Shown here piece after piece: positions 42,225-56,400 of a stretch of 64,000 nucleotides of DNA. How positions within the stretch are numbered: the stretch's first letter is position 1; every line of letters starts with the position of its first letter. The position numbers were made by a program, and so were the translations under genes. Source of the DNA: Ophelia neglecta (lineage: Eukaryota); assembly GCA_965285935.1 (NCBI GenBank), contig OZ260667.1, forward strand, positions 52,204,001 through 52,268,000, given 5' to 3'. The notes below the pieces were generated by a model that made no database searches, was not told the DNA's origin, and saw nothing but the letters and a program-made list of their open reading frames with translations.

Positions 42225-42955
42225 ATCTATACGCTTCCAGACAACAAATGGAAGGCATGTGTGGATAAAAAAAACTATGACGCCTCCTTAAGCGCGTCTG
42301 TTGGAAGTCGCTTGTGCTACTCGGACGAAGTGGTATACTACTGACAGCCTTGGCTTTGGGTTTGACAAACCATTTCTCTGCTCTCTATCCGGTGTGGTGA
42401 TAATTGGTTAGATATTGGGGCTCCTTACTCCCTAACGTAAGATATGTAGTAGTATTGGGCTTAGTTGTTAGATGTTACACAATCGTTCTTATTTTTCACT
42501 ATAGTATCCATCTTTCAGGAATAGGGGACGTTTGGTGCAGAAAGTATTTGTTCCTAGTGTTTCCACCTTAAATTTTACATCACTCCAGAAAATGCAGGCA
42601 GGAAAGCCAATGTTGCAATCAGAATAGGGTTAAGCAAAATACATCAATGTTACTATACACTTTTTAGGAAAACCGTCTATAATGGATTTAGTGGTTGAAC
42701 TAGGCCTTATTAGATTTCGAAGTACTGCTTATGTAATTAGCAGTATAAACTAGAGGGAAATCTCTAACCTAAAACTATCTATTATTTTCATAAATTCAAG
42801 CATGTTCTTTATATAGTTGACTGCTAATGTCAATGCCGGTAAATTATATTGTTGCTTGGAAATTTGCCCTGCACGGTAAGTATAATAACTTCACCATTAT
42901 AATCACAGGAGTGATACCGAGATGTTGGAGGTCTTAGCTGCACCTGACACCTCAA
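42225..42955 (+). pseudogene. Decayed fragment of a further family paralogue (remnants of three consecutive exons)
   Basis: 42225-42437 aligns to exon 52377-52593/19606-19822 (acaacaaatgga...aactatgacgcctcc...gtctgttggaagtcg). 42520-42625 aligns to 20185-20290 (tttgttcctagtgtttcc...gccaatgttgcaa). 42800-42955 aligns to 20461-20610 (gcatgttct...aatgccggtaa...gatacc.agatgt). Many indels and stops. Confidence 0.8.
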
Positions 42956-44093
42956 TTGCTAGGCAAGAACGTGTTCATGGAAAGAGTTCATTCTTTAAAT
43001 TCTGGTTGGCGCAGGTTTCCTTGTACTCGGGAGTGCTTATTTGAAATATTATTCAAACTCCTTTTCCTTGACAACAAGGGAAATTTGGTTCAACACTATA
43101 TATATTCGCCAATATATCAAAATTTCCCTGTTTGGGCCAAACACAAAAAAGGGGAATGAATCATTTATAATGGGACTGTCGAAAGTCCAAGATCATAGTA
43201 ACCAGGAAATTTATTCCAACAGGTAAGGTTTGTATCAATAGCCCAAAACATTAAGTAAATGTTATACCTATATAGTTGTAACAAAATTTTACAAACAAAA
43301 GTCACAATGAAATATAATGGGACACACATTGAAGATTTGACAATAAAAGGGTAAAGCTGCCACGGTAACTTCATTAGCCAATTTTTTCAACAAAGAGATG
43401 TGGTAAAACATTGACACCCGTTAGCGAGGCAATGAAAGGCGTTATTGTCTTGGGCATATATTCTGTTAGGTTTACTATTGTGCGATACGCAAATATGCGA
43501 AATTTCTTGCATGTAACCGGCAATGATTCAGGAATATTCCTCCCAAATTTATAATTGTATTTATTATTGTACTTCCTGTTAACTGTTGTTGATCTATTGT
43601 GGGAATTTCCCTACTCTGGCATTTGCAAATGAGGGCAGGACTGAATGGTCTAAAATGTAAACACGCTTATGTTTAAACATTCAGGCGTGAAAGGAAGGTG
43701 TTTCGTGAGGACCGTTTTTCACAGTAAGCCAGGTAATTAAACTGAAGTGAGGCGCTATACCTTTACAGGTAAACTATGCAAAAATACGACTGTGGTACTG
43801 AATGCACAACTTAGGTATGGCATTTTAGCACCTTTAAAAAGCAATGATCTTGACAGACTGAAATACTATCCGAGTGGCAGCCATATTGGCAATTGAAAAC
43901 GTTCTTCATATTTGGTATTACCAAAAAATATGTGTATTTGGTTTTCCATACAGGATTCTTTTTTGGAACTAAAACAGTCTAACTTGAAATACATCATTGG
44001 CTGATAAGGATGTATTGAATTTAAGGCTCGACGAATTATTCATGAACACACACACACACACACACACTTAGATCGTGCTAGCAACAGACAGAC

Positions 44094-44436
44094 ATGAAAG
44101 TGGCAAATATATTTGTGATTGCGACAATACTGTCTGTTATGGTTCCTGAAGCTTGTAGTTTCCTATGGAGACGGAGGAGGCGCGGAGGGTGCTCTGCAGT
44201 CAGCTGCCTCTGGGGCGGCTGGTCTGGATGGAGCCCATGTAATCACCCGTGTGGTACCTCGGGGACCCAAACCCGGAGTAGGGGCGTGTCTCGACAGCCT
44301 TCCTGTGGGGGAGCTGGCTGCAGTGGGCCCAGTTCAGAGACACGGGCGTGTAACAGATTCTGTAATAACGGAGGGGCACCCCGACCGGGATACTGTGATT
44401 GCCCAGGCGCCTTCTGGGGGACGTGTTGTGAAAAAC
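44094..44436 (+). CDS. Exon 1 of gene C: signal peptide, RRRRR, thrombospondin type-1 repeat and EGF-like motif
   Basis: MKVANIFVIATILSVMVPEACS|FLWRRRRRGGCSAVSCLWGGWSGWSPCNHPCGTSGTQTRSRGVSRQPSCGGAGCSGPSSETRACNRFCNNGG...CDCPGAFWGTCCEK contains the WxxWxxWxxC and RxR TSR signatures. Donor C|gtgagt is phase 1. Confidence 0.9.
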
Positions 44437-47400
44437 GTGAGTAACCTTAATGCGCTCTATATTTTATGAAAGCTTTGTTTTAGTAAAATACATTTATTCT
44501 AACATTACAGTAAAAACAACTTTGCCCATCACCTGTTACACCTCATAATACGCTCGGATCAAATGTCCATTATTAGTTTGCCATTCATTTGATAGTAAAC
44601 ATGTCAGCTTAATATTCATATATATTTATATACACATTTATGTGTGTATATCTGTGTGTGCGTGCGTGCGTGCATGCGTGCGTGTGTGTTTGCGTTCGTG
44701 CGTGTGTGTGGTTGTGGGCATATATCAAATCGTACTCACTAGATTATTATCGATCAGCTGTTTGAGCCATGCGTCTTTTTTGATCATCCTACACTCTATA
44801 CTTTTGCTTTGTCTGCCGGCTATTCACCCTTTGTCTGCCGGCTATTCACCCTTTGTCTGCAGGCTATTCACCCATTGTCTGCCGGCTATTCACCCTTTGT
44901 CTGCCGGCTATTCACCCTTTGTTTGCCGGCTATTCACCCTGGCATTTCCCCTGAAAACGTGAAAGTGGCACCATTTGTTAAGTTTTGAATGGATTAAAAT
45001 GACTAAAAGCTTCAAAAAAAAAGTCCGTTGCATAAAGAACGGCCTATATCTAATACTAAGTAGTGTTTGTTGCCATTTACCTGAAAAATTGCAAGATTGT
45101 ACCGAAATGAGGTTCATTGACCATTTTATATTGTTGATTGCCTATTAATGATAAATGCCTAGTCTACTACTGTCCCCACTTTTGAGATTACTCTCATTCT
45201 GATTGACAGCCAATGATTTCAACTGAAAATCCACCGATGTTTATGTTTCAAATAACCACTTAATATCAATATCTTATGTTTACGCTTGAGATAAGCATTA
45301 TTAAACACTGTTATGCTCAGTCAGAGAAACTTTAAATGTAATCACATTACCTACCTGTATGGTTTACGAGTTTGTGCAACAGTACTATGGACATTTTTTT
45401 TTGCAAAAAAACATATGTTGTCGAGAGTTTGAAATTTAATCTCATTTGCTTAGACTTGTATGAAATAGAATCATTCTGTGATCATAAATCTTATACGAAA
45501 TTATGTCCCATTTGTCAATTTTCTTCCAATTCGGTACTATTTGTTGACTGTTTCGACCACTTAAGAACCTATCATTCATAAATCTGTTGCGTTGTGTGAC
45601 ATATTTAGCTGTTTTCTTTTCCTATAATATTGCTTTATGCAACGTAACCAGCTGTTCACCACATTGCAGGTCAAGGCATGTCCGCTAATCGCTAATAAAG
45701 TATTAGATAATGTCGTTAGGTAATTTTTTTCCATTCCATTCAGTTCATTAATTTTATTTGGCATAATACGTGGTACATGTAACAGATGATTTTGTAAAAA
45801 GGATTGCATTGCCAAAGACGCCAGAGCTAGCTGATGAAGCTGTTGTTTCTGGACGCCCTGTAGCATGTTACAAAATTATTGTGCAAGCAAGAAATATAAG
45901 AGAAAAAAAAACTAAACAAATACAAAAATAAACACACCAGTCACTGTGCACATAGACAAAAGAAAAATTACAATATTACAAGTGATTAAGTATACGACAT
46001 GAAGTGTGGCAGATTTGTTGATTTGTTGGTAAAAGTTTTAAGGGTTCATCGTTTATAAACGTATCGACAACCAAATGATGTGGAAATGTACAATTCTCAT
46101 CATTAACTAAAGACCCAGTCTACGTAAAAGGGCAACGTACTGTATCCACATTTCTTTAATTCCTTGATACTTTTTATATCTAAACAAATCCGCCACTGAT
46201 TTATATATTCTCCAAAACCTCAATGAGTCTGGTGTCGTCGGGATGTTTCTATTCTTACGCACCTCTTTCCTTTTGGTTTTGATATATCTCAACTGGGAAA
46301 TAAATTACAGAAATCAAGAGCTTAATTAATGGCATTTCTATCTTTGAATAGCTTTAGTCTTTCATCTTTATTTACTACTCTAGCGCAGATTTCTTCGTTT
46401 GAATGTGAACCGCGAGGGAGTGAAATCAGGCAAAAGGTGTATATATAACTCTTATCTTGCGATGCATTTTATTTATGTTTAGATATGTTAAGATTGGTTT
46501 AAACATATTTATTTACAACGTGATTTTTACAATAGCAAATGCTAACAAAACGTAAGTATCACGTAAAAACAAGATTAATGATTATATTACAACTATAACA
46601 TGCGCCAACAAAATAAGAACAAATATTGCATGCACCGACAGGTGCGAAAAAGAATGGATGAAGGTTTGTATCTTAATTTAAGCATCTATTTTGTTTACAC
46701 AAATGCTGTGAAAATAATATGACAAACGAAGGAAAGATAAGTAAGAATATATGTATAAATGGCGAATCGATGAATGAAATGAGAAATGTAATGAAAATCA
46801 ATAATATGATTAAACAGTATATTAGTTGACAAAGCGACCAGAATTGCTGACGTAGACATCGATTAGATTTACAAACTCCGGCAAGGAGGTAAAAGCAGGC
46901 CCGTGGATAATTGTTTTAACATGATTATTGCTGGGTATGTAATGACGGTTGAAATATTCAAATAGTGGAAGCCGCAGGAGGGAATATTTTTCACAAAATA
47001 AAAAGAAGTGACTAATGCTTTCACTGACTGAACCGCATTGACCTGCAGGGGACGATATACAGTGGTTAAGATAAAGATGCTCATTTAACAAGAACAGCCC
47101 AGCCGGCACTGCGCTAAGAAAATTTGTGTAGGTCTCGAGCCCATATAAAAAACACGAAGGGAGGTCTCTGGATCGCGGAGTATATGCGTTTCTTATAAAT
47201 AGCTTTACTCTCACTTAGTCTGATGCAAAAGGGAAGTTTATTCCATTCAGAAATTACTAAGGGAAAGGAGGAGCTCATATAGTGATGGGTTCGACAACGA
47301 GGTGTGAGAACTATTAAGTTTGAAGCACTACAAGTAGACGCGAGGTCTGAGGCAAGGTTAGAAAGAACTTTTGGAGATACTGAGGTGAGTGGCCATGGTA

Positions 47401-50400
47401 TAATTATATCATAAAATTGACAGAGTAAGGCCCTACGCCGACGGGAGGCAAGAGTATTCCAACCTAATTCATCTAGAAGAAGATTATGAGAAGTTCCCTT
47501 CCTGGCTCCGGAAACAAAAGAAGCTGCTTCAATATTACGTTTCTCAAGCACGTTCGACATCTTTTGAGAACAACCATGGAAAAGGACAGAGCCGTATTCC
47601 AATATAGGTCTGACATAGGACATGTAAGCTGTGTCCAAAGATATGTTCTTTCCATTGCAAGTTGCTTGTGAGTGTAACATCCAAGTGACTCACATAATTA
47701 CAACTACCAATAACGTTATCACCTAAAAGAAGAGAAAAGTCGGGACCGGACCGAAGCTTCCTACTGAACAGAATATATTTAGTTTTGGGAATGCTTATAA
47801 TGACTTTCCAGCTTCTACACCAGGACTGAATAAGAGAGAGATCATCATTGAGCGTAGATACAGCAATATGTTTACGATCTGATTAAACCGGTACATTCAT
47901 GAAGTGTCGTCAGCAAAAAGGAAGGGCTTGGAGACCAGACCTTCAGTAATATCGTTTATATAGACCAGGGAAAGTAATGGTCCTAGAACCGAACCTTGCG
48001 GTACACCGGCAGAAAGGGCCTTATAGGAGGACGTGCCACCAGGAAGGGTGACACGTTGCCGTCTGTTTGTCAAATAATCAGTCAACCAGGATAGTGTCTG
48101 GCCATTAATGCCGTACTTGGAAAGTTTGTGCAGAAGCCCTTTATGCCAAACTTTCTCAAAGGCCTTGGTGGGATCAATGAAAACCCCTATGACCTCCTCA
48201 TTGGAGTCCAAGGCGTTCGCAATGTCCTCGCAGATATTAAATAATTGGTTTATGGTGGAATCACTAGGAATAAAACCAGACTGATTTGGGATTAAAATGC
48301 TATTATTTCTCAAGTGGTTATAGAGGTGTTGAAACATGATTTTTCAAAAACTTTGGACATGCAGGGAAGCAAGGAAATTGGACGGTAATTGTTACAGTCA
48401 TGTGCACTGTTCTTCTTATGTAATGGAATTACACTGGCACTCTTCCAAATAGTTGGGAATTTGCATTGAGTTAGTGAAGTGTTAAATAGAGAATCAAGTG
48501 GTCCAAAGAGTGCTGGTGCAGCCTCTCTCAAGAGAAAGTTACCTATTTGGTCTGGACCAGTGGCTTTATGGGACTTTAGATTTCTTAGAGTGTGAAAAAC
48601 ATCGGCAACAGTTATAATTTTATCTTCTATAGATGTGTTAAGATTGATGATGAAGCATTTGAAGAATATGTAAAATTATATGTTTAATCCGTTAAAATCA
48701 TGTTTATATTGTATTTTAGATTGCCTGCGTATATCTAACTGTGGGCAGCTCTATTGTACCTCTGGGAGTAACCAACGGTGTAAGAGATGTCACTATGACA
48801 AGGGAGGACAGATCAAAGCTTACATCCTTAAAAACTCAGGGCGCTACCCGAACAGGATCTGTCAACGTTAGTGACGAAGTGTATTAACAGTCCATAAGCC
48901 TGTTTCCTATTGTCCACAATTAGATAATATATAAACATCAAGGGTCTATTATATCACAATATTATATATCTTCAGAATACAGGACTGAATACACGACAGC
49001 TTTGCCATAATAAAGCGAAAACTATCCTACTTGTAAAATGTGTCTAGATTAAAGACTCAATTGATATGACACCCTTTATGCATGCCAATATTAACAGTAT
49101 ATCTCCTCTGGCTTATTCGTTAATTTTGTCTGGAATGAAGACAATGATGATATATTTGATGCTGTAAGTTATGTTATTCACTCATAGAGGTATGTTCCTG
49201 GCGCCCAGACAGTAAATACTGTTACCCAGGGTTGTGTCCGGAAGCCCCAAGGACGTGTAACTGTGCCCCAGGATACTCTGGAACCAACTGTATGACAAGT
49301 GAGTGAACACCGACAGCCTTGCAAAGCATACTTTTTAAAACTACTCTACAATTAAAAGGGTGCGAATATGCAATTTAAGGTGTCTTTTTATATTCGAAAC
49401 AGTTTATTCTATTTACTCTATTTTGATATCTGTTTACTGCAATAAGCCCGCTCTGCAAACATCATCATAAGCCTGGTGTGATGCACAAATGCACAATATA
49501 TTATATTCTTATGCGGACCCAAAGGGTTATAGTACAATACAAAAGTGCTGAACATTTATTTATGCTACTATTATCATTCTTTTATTAAAACCTCCACATA
49601 TATGAAGGAAAAAGTACATATAGTAACATCACAGACTAAACATACACAACTTTTCATACACCCGAGATGATCTATATTACTATAAATGTTCATATGTTAG
49701 AACATTTGTCAGAAAGTCGACAATTTCATTGTCCCCACAGGCGTAAACATGCCACCTCGGTTTAAGTGTGAAGAACAACCTGCATCGACAATTCTGTCTT
49801 CCAAGCTTCCAGAACATAGGGTCCTGATAACCACTCTGCAAGCATATAATTTAAAAGAGAATTAGCGGAAGAATTTACCATCGCAATTTGCCGTACTAAG
49901 TAGTGCATGTCCTGTCTAACGATGACTAGATGGAGTTTCTGAATCAAGTCAATGTGCTTTGTGCGAACGGTGAAGACTGAATTTGAGCCCGATGAAAAAG
50001 GTTAATTTGAAAGATGTGCCCGGCAGGTTAGGCTTATACTGCTCATGTCATAAAGCAGTGACGCTTGGCAAACAGCTCTCCAAAGATAGGCCTTCCCATG
50101 TTTGGTGTGAGACGCCAATCTCTCTCATTGCATAAAATGCCCGGCGGAATGCGGCACGACGGGTAACCATATGAGTGGGACAGTCCATAGAATAGTTCAC
50201 TACAAATAGGTTCAGAGTGTCCACATGTGAAACATCATCAGCAAATGATCTAAAAGGTAATTCTCCAATCTGAAAACCAGATTTTTCTGCTACTAATTCA
50301 AGTAAAAGGGCATTGATAAATAGGTAAAATAATTGAGAGGAAGTACACTGGCCAGCTTGGTTCCGCGTGAAACACAGAACGGACGATTTGTCCAGCATTT

Positions 50401-53400
50401 CCATCGGACAACAACTTCATATCAGATTACCATTCAAATAAACATCTCCGTTGTGTGGCTGATAACTCTCAATTTATTAAAATGACCAGCATGCTATATT
50501 GAATCGAAACATTTTTCAGCATCAAGTAAACAAATAAACAAATGTCACTTTTTCTCTTAAAAACACACTATAATTAAGAAATTTACACCTGGATGGCAGC
50601 CTGATTTTAATTAAGTATAGTGTTATTCTCCATAATGTTTGTCAACCGGTATTTCAAAACTGAAGGTAAATAATTTACCTACATATTAAGGAAGGGTTGT
50701 GGAGTGTTAAGCATTAGGGTCTGTTACGTATCTTTATTTTTATTTATTAGACAAGAACAAAACACCAACTAAAAGTGACTATACAAGCCTCGATGATACA
50801 ATTAAACGATGATACAAAGAGGACAATTCACATTTCTGTAACTATTAATCAGTTACAAAATCAATATCAATAGTTATTCCACTTTTTTAAAACATTGATA
50901 CATTTTTAAATTTTATCCAATGAAATTGGTTGAACTAACAAGATAAGATCGATGCCAGGATGGTCATGTTTTGAGCTAGAGATACCCTTGATATAAGTTC
51001 ATTTGTTTGTTCAGGACAACTAGAGCGAAAGCAATTGGCAGACAACACCTGGCTTAATGGATTCAACCCCTTGATATTTTTACTATTCATAATATTCCAA
51101 CAAAGTCTTGGTTTGGAGCACTCAGACAGAATTCTGATTTGATTTTAAAAAATACCGTTAAAATTTTACCCGATCCTGTATCTGATTTTCGCAAGGTTAA
51201 GATTTTACTGATAATGTATAATCTGTTTTCTCGTTTTTTTCGTTTTATGATAATTGCTTTTGGCTTGAATAACATTTGTCTTTTCTGTGACATGGGATCC
51301 GTACAGACCGGTATAGATCATTATAACGTTTGAGGTTCCCGTTAAAAAAATATTCCTCTTAATCAAACAACCCAAAATCATATATTGGCCTGTTTTAGAC
51401 AGGTGTTTGTAGTTATTGTTGTTCGCATATTTGATGAATACTTTACTTCCTGATCGTGTTTTGTATGCATTAGTAACTGCTTTCCCGGCGATAGCTAGCT
51501 GTTACGCAGGCGCCCAAGTGATAACAGGCGGAAAGATAAATGACTTTGTAGACGTTCCATGCGAGGGTTCGAATAATGTTGTCTACACAAATCTGAAAGT
51601 GACGCATTTCAAGGTCAGATTGTCATTTGCTCAATGCTAGTGTATATCATGTATTTAATGTTCTAAGCGTAGTGTCTTGGAGTAAGTCCATTGCTCTAAC
51701 AATTATTTAAACAAAACAATTGCAGGTAGACTGGAATACTCTATTTGAAGGACCACGTGCCTCAACGTACCCAAAGCCGTATTATGTAAATGATTTCAAA
51801 GTTGGAATTGTTTCTGCTGGAGTACGTATCGAGCACAAACGAGGTAAAGTGATGCATCGCTGTTTCAGTGTTAAAAACGACCATTCACACGTTTTGAACC
51901 GATTGTTATTGTACCGATATGATGGCAAAAAAAAACACTTCTATGGATTATGTGTGGCAAAGATATACAGTGAGAAATCCATGCAGCTGTTCTCTTTCAG
52001 GAGGTGTCGCCCAAAACAGCTTTGACATCGACTGCAACAATCGAAAGTCGCGAAACATACCAAATGCTGGTGTACACCATTGTGAAAAAACACAGGCAAT
52101 CCCGATTTCTTATAAACACGGAGACTCGTAAGATCAACTGATTTATTTTATGGTTTTTCATCATGGGTTTGATTAAAGTACCCGTGTCTTGCATAAAATA
52201 AATGCAGGTTGTAATAGTTACCATTTGAGTATATGCAAACTCTTAATATTTATGAAACGCAGATACCAATGCTTGCATCAAAACCAGGGGGTTCATGTGA
52301 AGAAAATAATGTAATAATCTCCAACATTCTACTTCGTTTAAATAAACAGTATGATGTGTATATTAGTTTTTTTCAGAGTATCAATACGCATACTGACAAC
52401 AAATGGAGGGTACGTTAGGATAAACAACTATGACGCCTCCGCCACGCCGTCTGTTGGAAGTCGGAAATACTACTCCGGGCGAAGTAACTCTACTAATAAC
52501 AGCCTTGTGTTTGACTTTGAGAGACCAGTCCACTGCTCTCAATCTGGATGTGGGAACAATTACTTAGATGTCGGGGATTCCTACTCAACAAATGTGAGTA
52601 TTGTGTCTGGTTTTGATTAAGGAAATGGTAAAAAAAACACATTCAATAAAAATTCGCCCACTCTGTAATCTTGTATCACTTCCTATTTTATATCAAAGTG
52701 AATACATATTGTTTGATGATAAAAGGTGTTATTTTCTTGTTAACAAACTGAACTGTGTTGCCACATTGATAAATATATGAAAGTGTGTGTATCATTCTCA
52801 CCTGCTATACTGGTTAACAATTATTACGTTGTTGGATCCAGGGAGAGTTGACAATCCGCTGGACAGGATGGTCTGACACTCCGTCTGGTATATTCAAGAC
52901 TGAGCTCCACATCTACAAGATGGTCCCATATGGCCAGGACCTTGGTTATAGGACACAAGCACCTCTTGTGCAGAAAATGTTTGTTCCTAGTGACTCAACT
53001 TTCCAATTCACCATTAATCCAGAAGACGGAGGTGGGTAGCCCAATGTTGTAATCAAAATTCCGTTTGATAATAACGTAATAGATAGAAACAATATATTTT
53101 ACTCTACACCAAGTGAAGACAAACATTCTCTTAAGGATCTAGTTTTTGTAGAATTCGACATGATACTCGCTTTTCAACTGATATTAATGTTGTCAGGTAT
53201 GTTCTGTATATTGTTGACTGTTGATGACAATGCCGGTAACTATGTTGCTGCGAGGAGATTTGTCCTGTATGATAATTATAGTAAAGTCACCATTGTGGAC
53301 AGAAGTGATACAAAAATGTGGGTTGACTCAGCTGCTGCTTACACCTCCTATGTTTGGGTCACCAATCTCCAGGACACCAACAATGTTGGGCCACAGGTTG

Positions 53401-56400
53401 GTCACGTGTCTGATATTCGCAATGTATCATTTAAGTAGAATTGTAAGTTATTCGGAAGTGTTATAGCATTGAACGATATTTGAAAAAATGATACGTTATT
53501 GTCTCACATAAAATCATTCATTAAATTATAAGGTTAATTTATGGTCCATTCAGGTAATGACAAAATGGCCCGGACACTTCATAAACCAATTCCATGTCGA
53601 TCATAAACTACTGAACGCCGTTGAGGCCCACAGTCCGGCGTCTGATATTGCCTACGAGGATATTCAAGGTCAGCCACCTCTTGTCAGGTCACGTGAGGCC
53701 ATAGTAAACATTAACGGGATGGTCAAGTACCAGGTGGGATACCGAGTTGACCGTAAAGGAGGAGAAACTACTGTTCAACCTCCATCAACGTGGATGGACG
53801 TGAATAAATTTATGGTGAATTACAATTATCTTTCTTTACTTCTATTTTTAAACACCCGTCTACTTTTTCTAGATGACTCTGTATTTCTGTTATGTATTAA
53901 CAGAAAGCCTTGTTTTATGAGTTGATTATAGAGTGTCATGCAAATTCTTACCAAGAGTATCGTTGGGTCGGACTCGCCGATTTATCGTTAACAATTGGCT
54001 ATGAATTTGTCCATGTTCCCAAAGCGACCCTGTGGGCTATGCTGGAGTTGTCTTTCCCTATCGAGTCTACCTAAGGATTACATCAATGAAAAGTTCCGAA
54101 AGTGCTGCACAGTTCAACTGTCGTGGTCAGGCGTTACCGTCGTCTATCGCCTACCTCCTTCAGCTAAGAAAAAAGTTGACCACCAACCAGAATTAAGATG
54201 AGGTTTCAGATATTTTACAAGATAAGGCCTTGAAGATAAGGGGTGATTTCAATTTCTACTTAACATTACCCTCAGCAAGTCTTAATAGACATGCCCTGCT
54301 AAGGATATGTCAGTTTTGAATTGCCCCAAAGTGCTTGGTATAGATCGCAACTTCGCTGCGCCTAGAAAATATCAGCATTTTTTGGAAATGCTGGATCGCC
54401 TATACGCCGTCAAATTGATGACTCTATGATAGACAACTCCAACCAGCTGTAACAGAAAACGTTAAAGTCGGAACAATTTCAAGGATCATCGATTCAAATT
54501 TAATAAGCTTTTACATAGGAAAAATGGTCCCTAATTTGCCTAGCCTTGAACCATCCCGTAAGATGGACAATTTTTTGATGTCAAAATCAAAATGATGATA
54601 CACGATGAGCTTCCAACAAGTGGTCATCTAGTTGTCTGCTCTCTCCTTGTGGCTATATCTGCGATCTGGCTAATTATCACAGTTGGATTTCTGAATAAAC
54701 TTAATCTGAACCCTTACAAGACTGACATTTTGGCGACGGACACAGGGTTGATATCCCATCTGCTCTTGTGGCTGGTCACACCATATCTGTGCGTAGTGCT
54801 CCTGTCGGCAATCCCGGGGTGCTGAATAGCGTAGCTCTTGCTCTCCTTGGGTACCTAGATCCCACCGGCAGGCACCAAATTAAAGACTTATGGTGACCGA
54901 GCGTTGTCACACTTGATCCAAAACTATGGAATACTTTGCCTGTTGGTCTGTTAGTGTTATTCACTTAAAACATTTCTATTTAAAGAAGCGTATAATGCAT
55001 GATATAAGTGTTTGCTTTAAACCACTAATGTTCTAGTCCGTTTTCTCTAAATGCTTAAATGCGTAATTTTGTTTTAAAGGGTAGGTGTATGTCCCTTATG
55101 ATTTCTTAAAAATAAGCTGATGTACTAGCCTTAGATAGGCTAGCTCTGATCTTGACTAGAGTGATTACTTTTGAGCCTAATGTATTATTGTTGTTTTAGG
55201 AATGTTTTCATTTGCTACCTAGAGCTTTTATCTATTATGAATCAAACCAAACGCATCTCACCTTACTTCCCAATGTATTCGATGGTGATTAAATAAAACG
55301 CATGAAAATCACTTTGTCCTCCTGCAAAAAGCGTGAACTTGAAGTGTCTCGTGTTGTCTAGATAATAACGTGTTTGAGGCAAAGGCGTTGGAAAAGTGAA
55401 CGATATCCGCACAACTGTTTTAAATGTGATGGAACACACGGCTACGCCAACATATTGTGAATTCTTGGATTGAAACTTCCGTTAGATTTATTTGAGTCTT
55501 GTCGATTCTCACCAAATTAATAATACACCATTCTAGTTGTGTTTTTGTCAATGCACGGTGGCACTGATAACTAAGGTACGGGCCAACCACCGATCCAAAA
55601 CTACCAAATGTTTTAAACTACTTAGCCACCTTTCACTGTAGTAAAGAACTGTTTGTTTTATGCTGGTGTACACCATTGTGAAAAAACTAAGGCAATCCCG
55701 ATTTCTTATAAACACGGAGACTCGTAAGATCAACTGATTTATTTTATGGTTTTTCATCATGGGTTTGATTAAAGTACCCGTGTCTTGCATAAAATAAATG
55801 CAGGTTGTAATAGTTACCATTTGAGTATATGCAAACTCTTAATATTTATGAAACGTAGATACCAATGCTTGCATCAAAACCAGGGGGTTCATGTGAAGAA
55901 AATAATGTAATAATCTCCAACATTCTACTTCGTTTAAATAAACAGTATGATGTGTATATTAGTTTTTTTCAGAGTATCAATACGCATACTGACAACAAAT
56001 GGAGGGTACGTTAGGATAAACAACTATGACGCCTCCGCCACGCCGTCTGTTGGAAGTCGGAAATACTACTCCGGGCGAAGTAACTCTACTAATAACAGCC
56101 TTGTGTTTGACTTTGAGAGACCAGTCCACTGCTCTCAATCTGGATGTGGGAACAATTACTTAGATGTCGGGGATTCCTACTCAACAAATGTGAGTATTGT
56201 GTCTGGTTTTGATTAAGGAAATGGTAAAAAAAACACATTCAATAAAAATTCGCCCACTCTGTAATCTTGTATCACTTCCTATTTTATATCAAAGTGAATA
56301 CATATTGTTTGATGATAAAAGGTGTTATTTTCTTGTTAACAAACTGAATTGTGTTGCCACATTGATAAATATATGAAAGTGTGTGTATCATTCTCACCTG

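Noticed and set aside
44808-44939. 22-bp repeats as a CRISPR array
   Set aside because: The units are head-to-tail with no spacers, the context is a eukaryotic intron, and there are no cas genes. It is a minisatellite.
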